Origin: a virus
Taxonomy: Duplodnaviria; Caudoviricetes
Direction: 5' to 3' (one strand)
Length of the DNA: 36,513 nt
Virus record (IMG/VR): IMGVR_UViG_3300049844_000214
Coordinates: 1-36,513 of that record
Shown: piece after piece, positions 15,972 through 24,009 of the stretch
Layout of the letters: every line of letters begins with the position of its first letter
How positions within the stretch are numbered: the stretch's first letter is position 1
Translations under genes and position numbers: made by a program
Notes under the pieces: generated by a model
What the model saw: only the letters and a program-made list of their open reading frames with translations
What the model was told of the DNA's origin: nothing
Database searches by the model: none

Positions 15972-16457
15972 ATGGGTTTATTTAATGCTAAAATTGAGAC
16001 GAGCGGTAATTCGAAGTACTTGACTTTGAAGTCCGGCGATAGATATGTCGGCACTTTTCAGGGCTCACCGAAAGAGGGTTGGGTGCTCTGGATCGACGGT
16101 AAGCCTCAACCCGCAGAGTACGGGACACCCGGCGCTAAGTTTCAGTTCGAAATGGCTTTCGTCTTGAAAGACACTTTTGAAGCCAAAATCTTTAAGGGCG
16201 GCGTTTCTATTTATTCACAACTCAAGAAACTGGAATCCGAAGGCTACGACTTACTCAAGACTTGGATTTCTATTTCTCGTAAGGGCGAGAAACTGGACAC
16301 CGAGTACATGGTGATGCCTATTCCACAATTCCAAATTCAAGGTGCCGATGCAATGAACATAGAAAAGGCTCTTGCTAAGTCACCCGCAAAACAAGCCAAT
16401 TTAGGCTCATTATTAACATCGGATGATGTGCCTTTTATGCGTAAGGAGTGGTTATGA
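15972..16457 (+). CDS. Putative single-stranded DNA-binding protein
   Basis: AAGGAGG RBS, beta-rich core with ISRKGEKLDTEYMV, and SSB-type DDVPF tip near the C-terminus. Confidence 0.7.
   Translation: MGLFNAKIETSGNSKYLTLKSGDRYVGTFQGSPKEGWVLWIDGKPQPAEYGTPGAKFQFEMAFVLKDTFEAKIFKGGVSIYSQLKKLESEGYDLLKTWISISRKGEKLDTEYMVMPIPQFQIQGADAMNIEKALAKSPAKQANLGSLLTSDDVPFMRKEWL
16011..16037 (+). other. Gapped target site matching tract C (NN-skip code)
   Basis: TCg AAg TAc TTg ACt TTg AAg TCc GGc versus tract C dinucleotides TC AA TA TT AC TT AA TC GG. Confidence 0.8.
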
Positions 16458-16735
16458 AACTAACAGACACGCAACGAGTAGCTATTAATAAACAACTAAC
16501 CGCGGGTCACTCTGCAGCTGATCTCGCCAAAGAGTACGGCGTCAGTACGAGCACGATTTACAACTTGAAAGACGCTAAACCTACTAAGCGAGTAAAGAGA
16601 CGTACTAAAAAGAAATCTGATCATAGCGAGCTTGTGATGCTTCGTGAGTCGAATACTTTTCTTATTCGTCGTAACGATGAGTTGAATCAGTTGATCGGTG
16701 AACTCTACGCTGAACAACGGCTTGATAATTACTAA
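16448..16735 (+). CDS. HTH DNA-binding protein with C-terminal coiled coil
   Basis: SAADLAKEYGVSTSTIYN. True start is probably ATG 16454. Confidence 0.75.
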   Translation: MVMKLTDTQRVAINKQLTAGHSAADLAKEYGVSTSTIYNLKDAKPTKRVKRRTKKKSDHSELVMLRESNTFLIRRNDELNQLIGELYAEQRLDNY

Positions 16736-16965
16736 TGGCAGGCCCAGTATTTAACCTCAATGAGACCCCTGATCGCGTAACCGTATCTCGGGGGCGTAAA
16801 ATATCGGACGGTCAGTACGGTAGTCACGACCTCTTCTTCAGTTACTCAACTGATTGCGAAGAGGGCGAGACCCCCGTTGATGCTTTTAGACGAGCGCTCG
16901 TTGAGGTGAATAGGGTCTTATCTGCTATGGAGAAGCAACTCATCGAGAGTCTGACACATAAATAA
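16735..16965 (+). CDS. Hypothetical protein
   Basis: TAATG stop/start coupling with the upstream gene. Confidence 0.65.
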   Translation: MAGPVFNLNETPDRVTVSRGRKISDGQYGSHDLFFSYSTDCEEGETPVDAFRRALVEVNRVLSAMEKQLIESLTHK

Positions 16966-16967
16966 AT

Positions 16968-17058
16968 CTTGGCATGATCCTCCAACGCATTCATGCTGAG
17001 GTTAATGGCGACAGGGGCGGGGGTTAGATTTTGGAGTAACTCGTCTCTGTCGCTTTAT
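16968..17058 (+). terminator. Two tandem hairpins (terminator or attenuator-like)
   Basis: CTTGGCATGA/TCATGCTGAG (16968-17000) and GCGACAGGGGCGGG...CTCGTCTCTGTCGC followed by TTTATT (17008-17053). Confidence 0.55.
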
Positions 17059-17073
17059 TAAGGAGACTAGATT

Positions 17074-17316
17074 ATGGAGCTTACCGGAGAAACAGCCATT
17101 GAAAGGTTGCGACGCGAGAAATCACAACTAAGAGCCGAGCTACCAGGGATGTGCGAACGCGTTTCGGTCGCCATTGCCATGCTCTATGAAGAATCCGACC
17201 CGGCCGTTAAGCTTAAGATCGAACCCATCATCATGCAGATCACCGACATGGAATGGAAATTCGAGCGAATCAAAGAAATTAAGACATTAGTAAAAGCACT
17301 CAGAGAGTCGGTATGA
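17074..17316 (+). CDS. Hypothetical coiled-coil protein
   Basis: AAGGAG RBS. Confidence 0.7.
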   Translation: MELTGETAIERLRREKSQLRAELPGMCERVSVAIAMLYEESDPAVKLKIEPIIMQITDMEWKFERIKEIKTLVKALRESV

Positions 17317-17558
17317 ATGGACAAGGCAAGTCACCCACTAGTGGCGGCAACCCTAATCTCAGTTGTGGTCGCTCTAGCGGTTATGTTGATCGTCCCAACC
17401 GAGCCAAAGAATCGACGCCTAAGCCAAGAGGAGCTATCGGCATGTCTCAATGCCGTATATGCCTTGGACAGGGTAAGTACCGAGACAAAGTCCTCTACAC
17501 GTGGCGGACGTGCTCGTGCACAGGTGGGTGGGGCGAATCGTGGGATCAAGACGAATGA
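17313..17558 (+). CDS. Hypothetical protein with CxxCxGxG...CxC motif
   Basis: ATGA overlap with the upstream gene. Start uncertain, and it competes with ORF 17317..17577. Confidence 0.4.
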   Translation: MNGQGKSPTSGGNPNLSCGRSSGYVDRPNRAKESTPKPRGAIGMSQCRICLGQGKYRDKVLYTWRTCSCTGGWGESWDQDE

Positions 17559-17761
17559 ACATCAAAGAGGCATGTGAGATTGTTTTTGAGGGCCGTGACC
17601 CAAAGACCGTGAAGCCTACGCATAATTATGCACGCTCTTATGCACCGGACCCACATGGGATTGATGACCCAGGCGATGAGATTATTCGTGGTTACCATAA
17701 GGATTGGTTCGATGATTATTTAGAGAGTCAGAAGTCGAAGAGGTGGGGAGACAAAGAATAA
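17555..17761 (+). CDS. Hypothetical protein
   Basis: MNIKEACE... start within track ORF 17501..17761, with an ATGA overlap. Confidence 0.55.
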   Translation: MNIKEACEIVFEGRDPKTVKPTHNYARSYAPDPHGIDDPGDEIIRGYHKDWFDDYLESQKSKRWGDKE

Positions 17762-17770
17762 ATAAACGTA

Positions 17771-17935
17771 AGTGCGGCCACGCGGGAACTACTGTAACAC
17801 CGTAGACGCGTAGATACTCAGATCTGTCATGGTTGTCGCGAGAGTAGGGTTCGAAACCGAAATCTAGCCTCTGGGAGTTGCCGGGTTACCTGGTTGACTG
17901 AAATGACTCTGTGGGGGTAACGGCCCACCCGCACT
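17771..17935 (+). ncRNA. Putative structured ncRNA (about 165 nt) with tRNA-like closing stem
   Basis: AGTGCGG/CCGCACT terminal stem, adjacent GTGGG/CCCAC arm and internal stems; no ORF. Confidence 0.45.
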
Positions 17936-17944
17936 ATTTTATAT

Positions 17945-18022
17945 GACTGGTTGGCGCACGGTGAGCGCGGCAGGTACCATAATCTAGACATGCAGGGGAT
18001 GGTTAAACTCCATCACCAGTCA
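17945..18022 (+). tRNA. tRNA-like element or degenerate tRNA (CAT in an enlarged anticodon loop)
   Basis: Acceptor GACTGGT/ACCAGTC, D-arm GCGC-ACGGTGA-GCGC, T-arm GATGG-TTAAACT-CCATC. Anticodon arm has a 12-nt loop; no encoded CCA. Confidence 0.6.
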
Positions 18023-18038
18023 CTTATTTTGTATTAAT

Positions 18039-18248
18039 ATGAAATTTATAATCGAATTCAACGAAGACGAGCGAGAACAACATCAAGACGCTCTTTTTGG
18101 CGCAAGCTACCGAATAGCTCTAGATGATATGAATAGTTGGCTAAGGGGTAAACTCAAGTATGAAGATCACTCGCCCGAAGCCTTTGCCGCTTACGGGGCC
18201 TGTAAAGATAAACTAAATGAATTACGGCGAGAGGCGGAGGAGTTGTAA
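18039..18248 (+). CDS. Hypothetical phage protein
   Basis: ORF with the IEFN.DE...WLR.KLKY pattern seen in small phage proteins. Confidence 0.7.
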   Translation: MKFIIEFNEDEREQHQDALFGASYRIALDDMNSWLRGKLKYEDHSPEAFAAYGACKDKLNELRREAEEL

Positions 18249-18406
18249 TGGTCGACGACGAACAACCAAACGAGCCAAAAGAAGACAAAAGCAAGCAAGA
18301 CGCTATCGACTATAAGCGAGACTTGCGTGATGCTGGCAGGTACCGAGAAAAGCTAATCGAACAAGAACTAGAGAAACGAAATGGCACAACTGATCGAGAC
18401 ACATAA
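18248..18406 (+). CDS. Small hypothetical protein (52 aa)
   Basis: GGAGG RBS and TAATG coupling (MVDDEQPNEPKEDK...); below the track's size cutoff. Confidence 0.5.
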   Translation: MVDDEQPNEPKEDKSKQDAIDYKRDLRDAGRYREKLIEQELEKRNGTTDRDT

Positions 18407-18584
18407 AGAAGAAATCCCAGCTGACGAAGCACTAATGAATTTATTCGACAAGAGTGAGTTACTTGCTACAAAGCGAGATGCTGAGAAAAATAAAAAGATC
18501 ACAACAATCAAGAAAAAGATCGGCTCAATATTCGGAGGCGAATTCGTCGTATCTATCACTTTTGATTTTAGGAGTAAGAAATGA
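18381..18584 (+). CDS. Hypothetical protein
   Basis: Co-oriented ORF. Confidence 0.55.
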   Translation: MAQLIETHKEEIPADEALMNLFDKSELLATKRDAEKNKKITTIKKKIGSIFGGEFVVSITFDFRSKK

Positions 18585-18814
18585 AGCCAGAAAATAACGA
18601 CCGTTTATATAGCCTTATTAAAGACATTGAGACCGTACAATCAGACCTTTGTTATGCTCTCGATCATTGTGAGGATTTACCAGATCGAACAACATTCTAT
18701 ATGAATAGCGCTCTTACAAGCCTTGAAAGCGCTAGAATTATTGCAAACGAATTACTTTATCCAATACAGAAGGGTTCAAATGAAACAACTACTACCACTA
18801 CTGCTACTCTCTAG
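18581..18814 (+). CDS. Hypothetical protein
   Basis: AGGAG RBS and ATGA overlap. Confidence 0.6.
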   Translation: MKPENNDRLYSLIKDIETVQSDLCYALDHCEDLPDRTTFYMNSALTSLESARIIANELLYPIQKGSNETTTTTTATL

Positions 18815-20249
18815 CTGCACATTCACTGCGAATATAAACCCCCCCGAAATAACACCATCACCGTCAACTTCTGTGGGGGTATCGCCGACGCCTAGTGTGA
18901 GCCCGACACCTGTCGTGAGTGTGACTCCAACTATTTCACCGACTCCTGTTATTACTACTTCACCAATAACCACTCCAAATAAAGCCTATTTAGGCTCTAA
19001 ATTAGATCTTTCTTGTAGCGCTCCCATTTTAGTGCCCGTGTTCACATCTAAGGTTACCGCCTACGTTCAAAAAGATTCTGATCTTGCTACTATTGATCTA
19101 TCGAAAACCGATACTGTCTTATTTAAGCGCGGAGGCACCTACACACTAAGTAAGCAGTTCTTTGTTTCTCGTGGACTCTTCGGTGCTTACGGCGAAGGGG
19201 CTAAGCCAATCGTTATTGCTCCAAGCGGATTTGTCAGAACCAATACAGCAAAGAATCTAGTCATTCGTGATCTTGTTTTGAAATCATCCCCAAAGTCTCT
19301 TGAGCGAGTGAACGTTCAGAACGACGCGATCCGAGTGGGCCCAGGCTCCGAGAATATTCTAATTGAAAACATGGAGATTGATTCCTTTCGAACTGGCTTC
19401 ATCGCAGAAAACGCTAACGTTAAGAATGTCGTCCTGAGAAATAACAAGATCACCAATTCCTTTTCGTTCGGCGCGAACGCACCACACGCACAAGGCGCCT
19501 ATATTGAAGGAGTTGACGGTGTAGTCCTAGACGGTAACCTCTTCGATCATAATGGATGGAAAGAGGGGCAACACAGATCTATCTTTAATCACAACGCCTA
19601 TGTACAGGTGAATAATAAGTGCCTAATTGCCGAAGGTAACGTCTTTAAAAACGGTTCTAATTTCGGGCTTCAAGCTAGAGGGGGCGGCACGATTAGAAAT
19701 AATAAATTCATCGGTAACGCTAACCACATGGAGTTTGGATACTGTAACGGCGGCATGGTTGAACTCTACAAGGTGCCTGTCGGTGTGAGTGGCGAGGTTA
19801 CTGGCAATATGTTCGTTGGCTCTTACGACTGGGGTCGCGGTGGAATCAAGTTCGGTAACACTCTACAAGCGAAAGCCGGTAATAATACTTTCGTCGGCGA
19901 GAGTGGCCCACTCATTAAGGCCGAACCCGTTGCATATGATATTGCGCGCCAACGCGGTATCGGTGTTCATAACCTTAAGTTTGAAGGCAATAACTTCGTT
20001 TACAACATTAAGCCCGTAAACCGACTTGTCGTTCAAGGTAAGGCGGGGGGGCCCGTGTACTTAAGAGCACCCGGCGATATCGCTGATAAGGCCGGTAATG
20101 TTTTGATTTCTTTTCAGTACCTGGGTGGCGATCGAGAGGGTACCGGGATCAAGTGGACAGGAGAGCCGAAACTTATTAACGATATCTATCCTAGAGGGTT
20201 TTCAGAGGATGTTAAGTTCGTTGAGTTAAAGGACAAGCCTAGCCTATGA
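18780..20249 (+). CDS. Lipoprotein with Pro/Thr/Ser linker and right-handed beta-helix (polysaccharide lyase/depolymerase-like)
   Basis: MKQLLPLLLLSSC lipobox, TPSPS-type linker, FKRGGTY and Asn-ladder repeats (VLRNNKI, LDGNLFDHNG, IRNNKFIGN). Confidence 0.75.
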   Translation: MKQLLPLLLLSSCTFTANINPPEITPSPSTSVGVSPTPSVSPTPVVSVTPTISPTPVITTSPITTPNKAYLGSKLDLSCSAPILVPVFTSKVTAYVQKDSDLATIDLSKTDTVLFKRGGTYTLSKQFFVSRGLFGAYGEGAKPIVIAPSGFVRTNTAKNLVIRDLVLKSSPKSLERVNVQNDAIRVGPGSENILIENMEIDSFRTGFIAENANVKNVVLRNNKITNSFSFGANAPHAQGAYIEGVDGVVLDGNLFDHNGWKEGQHRSIFNHNAYVQVNNKCLIAEGNVFKNGSNFGLQARGGGTIRNNKFIGNANHMEFGYCNGGMVELYKVPVGVSGEVTGNMFVGSYDWGRGGIKFGNTLQAKAGNNTFVGESGPLIKAEPVAYDIARQRGIGVHNLKFEGNNFVYNIKPVNRLVVQGKAGGPVYLRAPGDIADKAGNVLISFQYLGGDREGTGIKWTGEPKLINDIYPRGFSEDVKFVELKDKPSL

Positions 20250-20689
20250 TTATAGCGTTTGAGGGGTTGGGCGGTTACCCAGGGGGCCGTCTGTTTCAGG
20301 CTCTAATTGAACAAGGTAAGCCACTAAGTGCGTTTCGGTATTTCTCTCACAATAGTCCGGGCATGGTTTCAGATGATATTAGTAACGTAGTCGGCTTCTC
20401 ATACGGGGCCTATCAAGCGCTCAACTATGCGAGACGAAACGAGAATATCACTACGCTGGTTACGATAGATCTAAGGGTGCCGCTTTTTAAACACAGAGAC
20501 TTTACTCGCCCTAAGCACCTTAAGAGATGGGTCAACCTCTATCAACACGACTGGCTACACCCCATTAATTTCTTTCTACCCGGCACTAGCTGTAAAGAAG
20601 CTGACCTTAATGTGAAGCTTGAATATGTATATCACTGGGAAATGTGTGAGCACCCGAGTGTGGCGCGCACCATAGGTACGCTAGTTTAG
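20246..20689 (+). CDS. Small alpha/beta-hydrolase (esterase/lipase-like)
   Basis: GFSYG nucleophile elbow (GxSxG), LVTID and a C-terminal His. Confidence 0.75.
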   Translation: MIIAFEGLGGYPGGRLFQALIEQGKPLSAFRYFSHNSPGMVSDDISNVVGFSYGAYQALNYARRNENITTLVTIDLRVPLFKHRDFTRPKHLKRWVNLYQHDWLHPINFFLPGTSCKEADLNVKLEYVYHWEMCEHPSVARTIGTLV

Positions 20690-20727
20690 TCTGGTCGTTA
20701 CATTATTCCCGTGCGAGTATTTTCAAC

Positions 20728-21684
20728 ATGAAGAAATTAATCTTATTAGCACTCCTTTCTGGTTGCACTTACAACTACCCGAATTGCCCAACCGACTCAC
20801 CTACCCCAGGCATTACAGTTACACCCACTCCGATCGTTTCGGTTACGCCTTCGCCTTCGCCAACGAAGCCTGCGGTTAGTGAGAAATTCAAAATTGGTGT
20901 CTGGTTTCAGCCTGGCAAGTCTCTAGAGAATTGGAAAGCCAGAGGCGTTACCCATCTGTTCGGCCCCGAGCTTGAAGGCTATAGACCCGAAGCCGAGTAC
21001 ATGAACAAAGCACAAGCGCTTGGGTTTCGTGTAATTGGAAACGACAAGATCACGCGTGATTGGCCCGCTTTAGATTCTATGCTTGTAGTGGATGAGTTTG
21101 ATGCAAAGAAGTGGTCGATGGATCAATTGAGAGCCTACGTTGCATCAATGAATGCGCGCGTACCGGGCAAGAAAATATTCTGCTCCTTCGCTGGCCCGCT
21201 TTTGGGTTATGAAAAGGAGGCTCCACGATATCAAGAATACATGAGCCTATGTGATGAGATTAGCAGCAATTGGTATCCAATGTCTCGTAACGCCGAAAGA
21301 TACAGCGAGTGGCACGTTGCTAATGCGGTTTCATATTTAGTGAAGTTGAAAAAACCACATCAAGAAATATGGTCTATTGTCGAAACTGCGAATATGGGGT
21401 TAAAAGATTCCCCACTTGGTCGCGACCCAACGCCCGCTGAGTTTCGTGCGTCTCTATGGGTTTCTATTGAGGCAGGCGCAACGGCGATTGCATATTTTCC
21501 AGATTTCTTTAATCCTGCACACGGTGGATGGGCCGGCTTCGAAAGGCTAGCACCAGGGATTGAAGACGAAATGAAAAAGTTTCGTGCAGAAATCGACGTG
21601 AAATGGCCTCTAATTAAGGCAGGCAAACTGAAGGTTCGCGTTGATCAGCCGACGAATGCTGTAACTTTTGAAGATGTAAAATAA
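20728..21684 (+). CDS. Lipoprotein with Pro/Thr linker and putative glycoside-hydrolase TIM barrel
   Basis: MKKLILLALLSGC lipobox; VDE, S.N.YP and PTPAE.RAS.W.SI..GA..I.YF patterns. Confidence 0.65.
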   Translation: MKKLILLALLSGCTYNYPNCPTDSPTPGITVTPTPIVSVTPSPSPTKPAVSEKFKIGVWFQPGKSLENWKARGVTHLFGPELEGYRPEAEYMNKAQALGFRVIGNDKITRDWPALDSMLVVDEFDAKKWSMDQLRAYVASMNARVPGKKIFCSFAGPLLGYEKEAPRYQEYMSLCDEISSNWYPMSRNAERYSEWHVANAVSYLVKLKKPHQEIWSIVETANMGLKDSPLGRDPTPAEFRASLWVSIEAGATAIAYFPDFFNPAHGGWAGFERLAPGIEDEMKKFRAEIDVKWPLIKAGKLKVRVDQPTNAVTFEDVK

Positions 21685-21985
21685 CGTCTTGAACTGATCT
21701 CGCAACGAACGCATAACCGCCCGCTTTATTAATAGCATCGATGCACGCTTGCTGCTCAGGGCTTACCTTGCCGTATCTTGTTTTTACTTCAATGGCGATA
21801 AATCGCTTAGCGACAAGTACAATAAGATCAGGGCAGCCACGACGACCAGCTGACCGCCTAAACCTACGAGACCTAGGGTCGAAAACGCCAGTAGTTTGAA
21901 TCGGGAATACCTCGCAGTTAGGGATTGTCTCCAGGTAGTTTTTAATCTGCGTCTTGATGATTGATTCTGGTTGCTGTTTTGACAC
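21614..21985 (-). CDS. VRR-NUC domain nuclease
   Basis: PE..I, G.PDL, IEVK...G..S.EQ, GG...VARSV motifs. Confidence 0.9.
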   Translation of the reverse strand: MSKQQPESIIKTQIKNYLETIPNCEVFPIQTTGVFDPRSRRFRRSAGRRGCPDLIVLVAKRFIAIEVKTRYGKVSPEQQACIDAINKAGGYAFVARSVQDVILHLQKLQHSSADQREPSVCLP

Positions 21986-21988
21986 TCT

Positions 21989-22213
21989 TTATTTTTTATC
22001 ACGTAAGTATCTCAGCGCCTCATCTAACTTATCTTCGATGCGATCAAGGCGATCTTTTTGAACTGCGTCTCTGAGTACAACCTCTTCTTTAATTTGTTCT
22101 GCTCTATCTATGGCGGCTGATTTAGTGTCGAAAAGATTTACTCCACCGATAGCAATAGCTACTCCGGTAGAAAGCGCGACGGCCTCGGCTTTTAAAAACT
22201 CCGCTACCTTCAT
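21989..22213 (-). CDS. Small membrane protein (one TM plus coiled coil), lysis region
   Basis: Hydrophobic N-terminus; RLDRIEDKLD. Confidence 0.6.
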   Translation of the reverse strand: MKVAEFLKAEAVALSTGVAIAIGGVNLFDTKSAAIDRAEQIKEEVVLRDAVQKDRLDRIEDKLDEALRYLRDKK

Positions 22214-22255
22214 TCTTGTGGGCCTGAGTGTGAAATACTAAAGCGAGCACACACC

Positions 22256-22561
22256 CTATTTAGTAGCTGCACCACTGAAAGAATATGCGCTCGCCCTACC
22301 ATCCTTGGAATCCCCATTAGAGTTTTTGCAACTCTCTAAAAGTGTTCTAAAATCCTCGGGGTTCGTGCAGGTCATTTTCTCTGCAGACTCATCCCCTACT
22401 CCTTTAGTATAACTTCGATTTTCTGGCGGGAGTCGCGAGTCATAACAATAAAATGTCTGGTCCTGGACTCTATAGACACAGACCTCAATCTCTAATGGCT
22501 TAGGAGCTAAGGAGCCCGCATAGGCTACTGTAGACGTCAGGAATAGAATCAGCGCTTTCGT
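22256..22561 (-). CDS. Unannotated secreted protein, possible spanin component (probable ACG start)
   Basis: AGGAGG then ACG AAA GCG CTG ATT... gives (M)KALILFLTSTVAYA signal peptide; 101-codon open frame with 4 Cys. Confidence 0.55.
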   Translation of the reverse strand, partial: TKALILFLTSTVAYAGSLAPKPLEIEVCVYRVQDQTFYCYDSRLPPENRSYTKGVGDESAEKMTCTNPEDFRTLLESCKNSNGDSKDGRASAYSFSGAATK

Positions 22562-22752
22562 ATGGCCTCCTGAATATCTTTAGCAGCATCCGCGTACTGT
22601 TGTGGCTCCTTAGCGTCCCGTAGCTTTTTAAAGGCATTACCCATCTCAATCATCTTAGCCTGTGGATCGGGCCCAAACACCGCCAGAATCTCTTTTAAGA
22701 GCGTTAGAATGGTCGGTAGGGCCGCAATGGCTGAGAGGATAGCCGTAACCAC
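22549..22752 (-). CDS. Small membrane-anchored protein (possible i-spanin)
   Basis: Probable GTG start at 22752; N-terminal hydrophobic helix plus helical tail; in the lysis cassette. Confidence 0.5.
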   Translation of the reverse strand: MVTAILSAIAALPTILTLLKEILAVFGPDPQAKMIEMGNAFKKLRDAKEPQQYADAAKDIQEAIRKR

Positions 22753-22756
22753 AGTT

Positions 22757-22981
22757 TTACTTTTCTTTTCGCTGAATCGGGGCAAAAGACTTAATGGCTA
22801 GTAGTACGGTACCAACCAAGGGAATGCTTTCAAGCTTCGCAAACCACTTGTCGTCATCTTGAGTAGGGGTAATAGCGACATAGGCTTGACCGAGTACAAC
22901 CAAACCGCCGAGAGCTGCAAGAGCAACCGGAACGAGCGGGTGTAAAGAAGATAACCAAGCTAAAATAGGTGCAAATTCCAT
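22757..22981 (-). CDS. Putative holin
   Basis: 74 aa with TM segments, TPTQDDD motif and basic C-terminus; near the endolysin. Confidence 0.65.
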   Translation of the reverse strand: MEFAPILAWLSSLHPLVPVALAALGGLVVLGQAYVAITPTQDDDKWFAKLESIPLVGTVLLAIKSFAPIQRKEK

Positions 22982-23051
22982 AATACGATTCCTTTCGATA
23001 TTGAAGTATATGGTCTCATGACGTCACAATTATTCAATAGGGTGGTGCGAT

Positions 23052-23570
23052 ATGCTTGTTTGTTTTGAGTCAACTAAAGAGTGGATTAGAGAACGTATTG
23101 ATATCAACAATAAAACTGGATGCTGGGAGTGGACGAGAGCTCTAGCTAAAACTGGGTATGGGGTTTTCACTGCCAACAACGGAGGTGTGGTGTTCCTTGC
23201 ACATCGTTTTATGTGGTCGCTAGTCAATGGGCCACAACCAGCCGGGACCTATATTTGTCATAAATGTGACAATCGAAAGTGTGTTAATCCAGACCATCTT
23301 TTTTGTGGGTCGCCCAAAGACAATTCTATGGATTCAAGAAAAAAACGACGTGGAACAGGTAAGTATTTTCAAATTAAGTCGCCATCTGGAGAAATACTTA
23401 TAGGTTATAGCACAGCAAGTTTTGCAAAACGATTTGGATTACTACAGTGTGGACTAAGCGACCTTGCTTTAGGTAAAAACAAGACACATCACGGGTGGAC
23501 TGACATGAAATATATCACCCGCGAAGTTGCCTTAGATAAAAATAAACCTTATCGACGTATTTTTGATTAG
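23052..23570 (+). CDS. HNH homing endonuclease
   Basis: GCWEW...GYG...AHR...[18 protein letters not shown]...DN motif; opposite strand to the lysis cassette. Confidence 0.9.
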   Translation: MLVCFESTKEWIRERIDINNKTGCWEWTRALAKTGYGVFTANNGGVVFLAHRFMWSLVNGPQPAGTYICHKCDNRKCVNPDHLFCGSPKDNSMDSRKKRRGTGKYFQIKSPSGEILIGYSTASFAKRFGLLQCGLSDLALGKNKTHHGWTDMKYITREVALDKNKPYRRIFD

Positions 23571-24009
23571 CGAATAACCCGCCTGTTGTCTCTACCGGTG
23601 TTCCACAGTTGTATGCCGAAACAGCTTCATCTTCATCAGCGTACTTCACGAACTTACTCTTGAGGTGAAGACATCCGTAAAAGAGTCCCGTGTATGGGTC
23701 ACACAGTTGAGTCGGGTAGCCCCTGAATCGGTACTCATCGATCGCCACTGCGGCCATAATTTGCATTAACCCAAAACTACACCGCTGAAGCATGGTGAGC
23801 GTCTCTACACTCATTCCCTCATTCTCTGCGATGTCTCTCACGTCGTTAGCTCTAAGCACCCACCTATACTGTGGTTCGAACCGAACTGCCCACGGGTTGC
23901 CCGCACTCTCTACCATGACAATAGCAGCGACTACATTAGGGTCTAGGCCTACTTTAATGGCGACATCATCTATCAGCTCTATGGGTAGACGATTGAGCCA
24001 CGCCGTCAT
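23515..24009 (-). CDS. Endolysin, SLT lytic transglycosylase
   Basis: AIVMVES (catalytic Glu), GLMQI, AYN.G and YV.KV motifs. Confidence 0.9.
   Translation of the reverse strand: MTAWLNRLPIELIDDVAIKVGLDPNVVAAIVMVESAGNPWAVRFEPQYRWVLRANDVRDIAENEGMSVETLTMLQRCSFGLMQIMAAVAIDEYRFRGYPTQLCDPYTGLFYGCLHLKSKFVKYADEDEAVSAYNCGTPVETTGGLFANQKYVDKVYFYLRQLRG

Noticed and set aside
16448-16735. IS3-family transposase OrfA (HTH plus leucine zipper)
   Set aside because: No DDE OrfB, terminal inverted repeats or target duplication. Treated as a phage HTH regulator.
18830-18980. Repeat-like DNA at the starts of the two lipoprotein genes
   Set aside because: It encodes Pro/Thr/Ser linkers, so it is protein-level low complexity rather than a DNA element.
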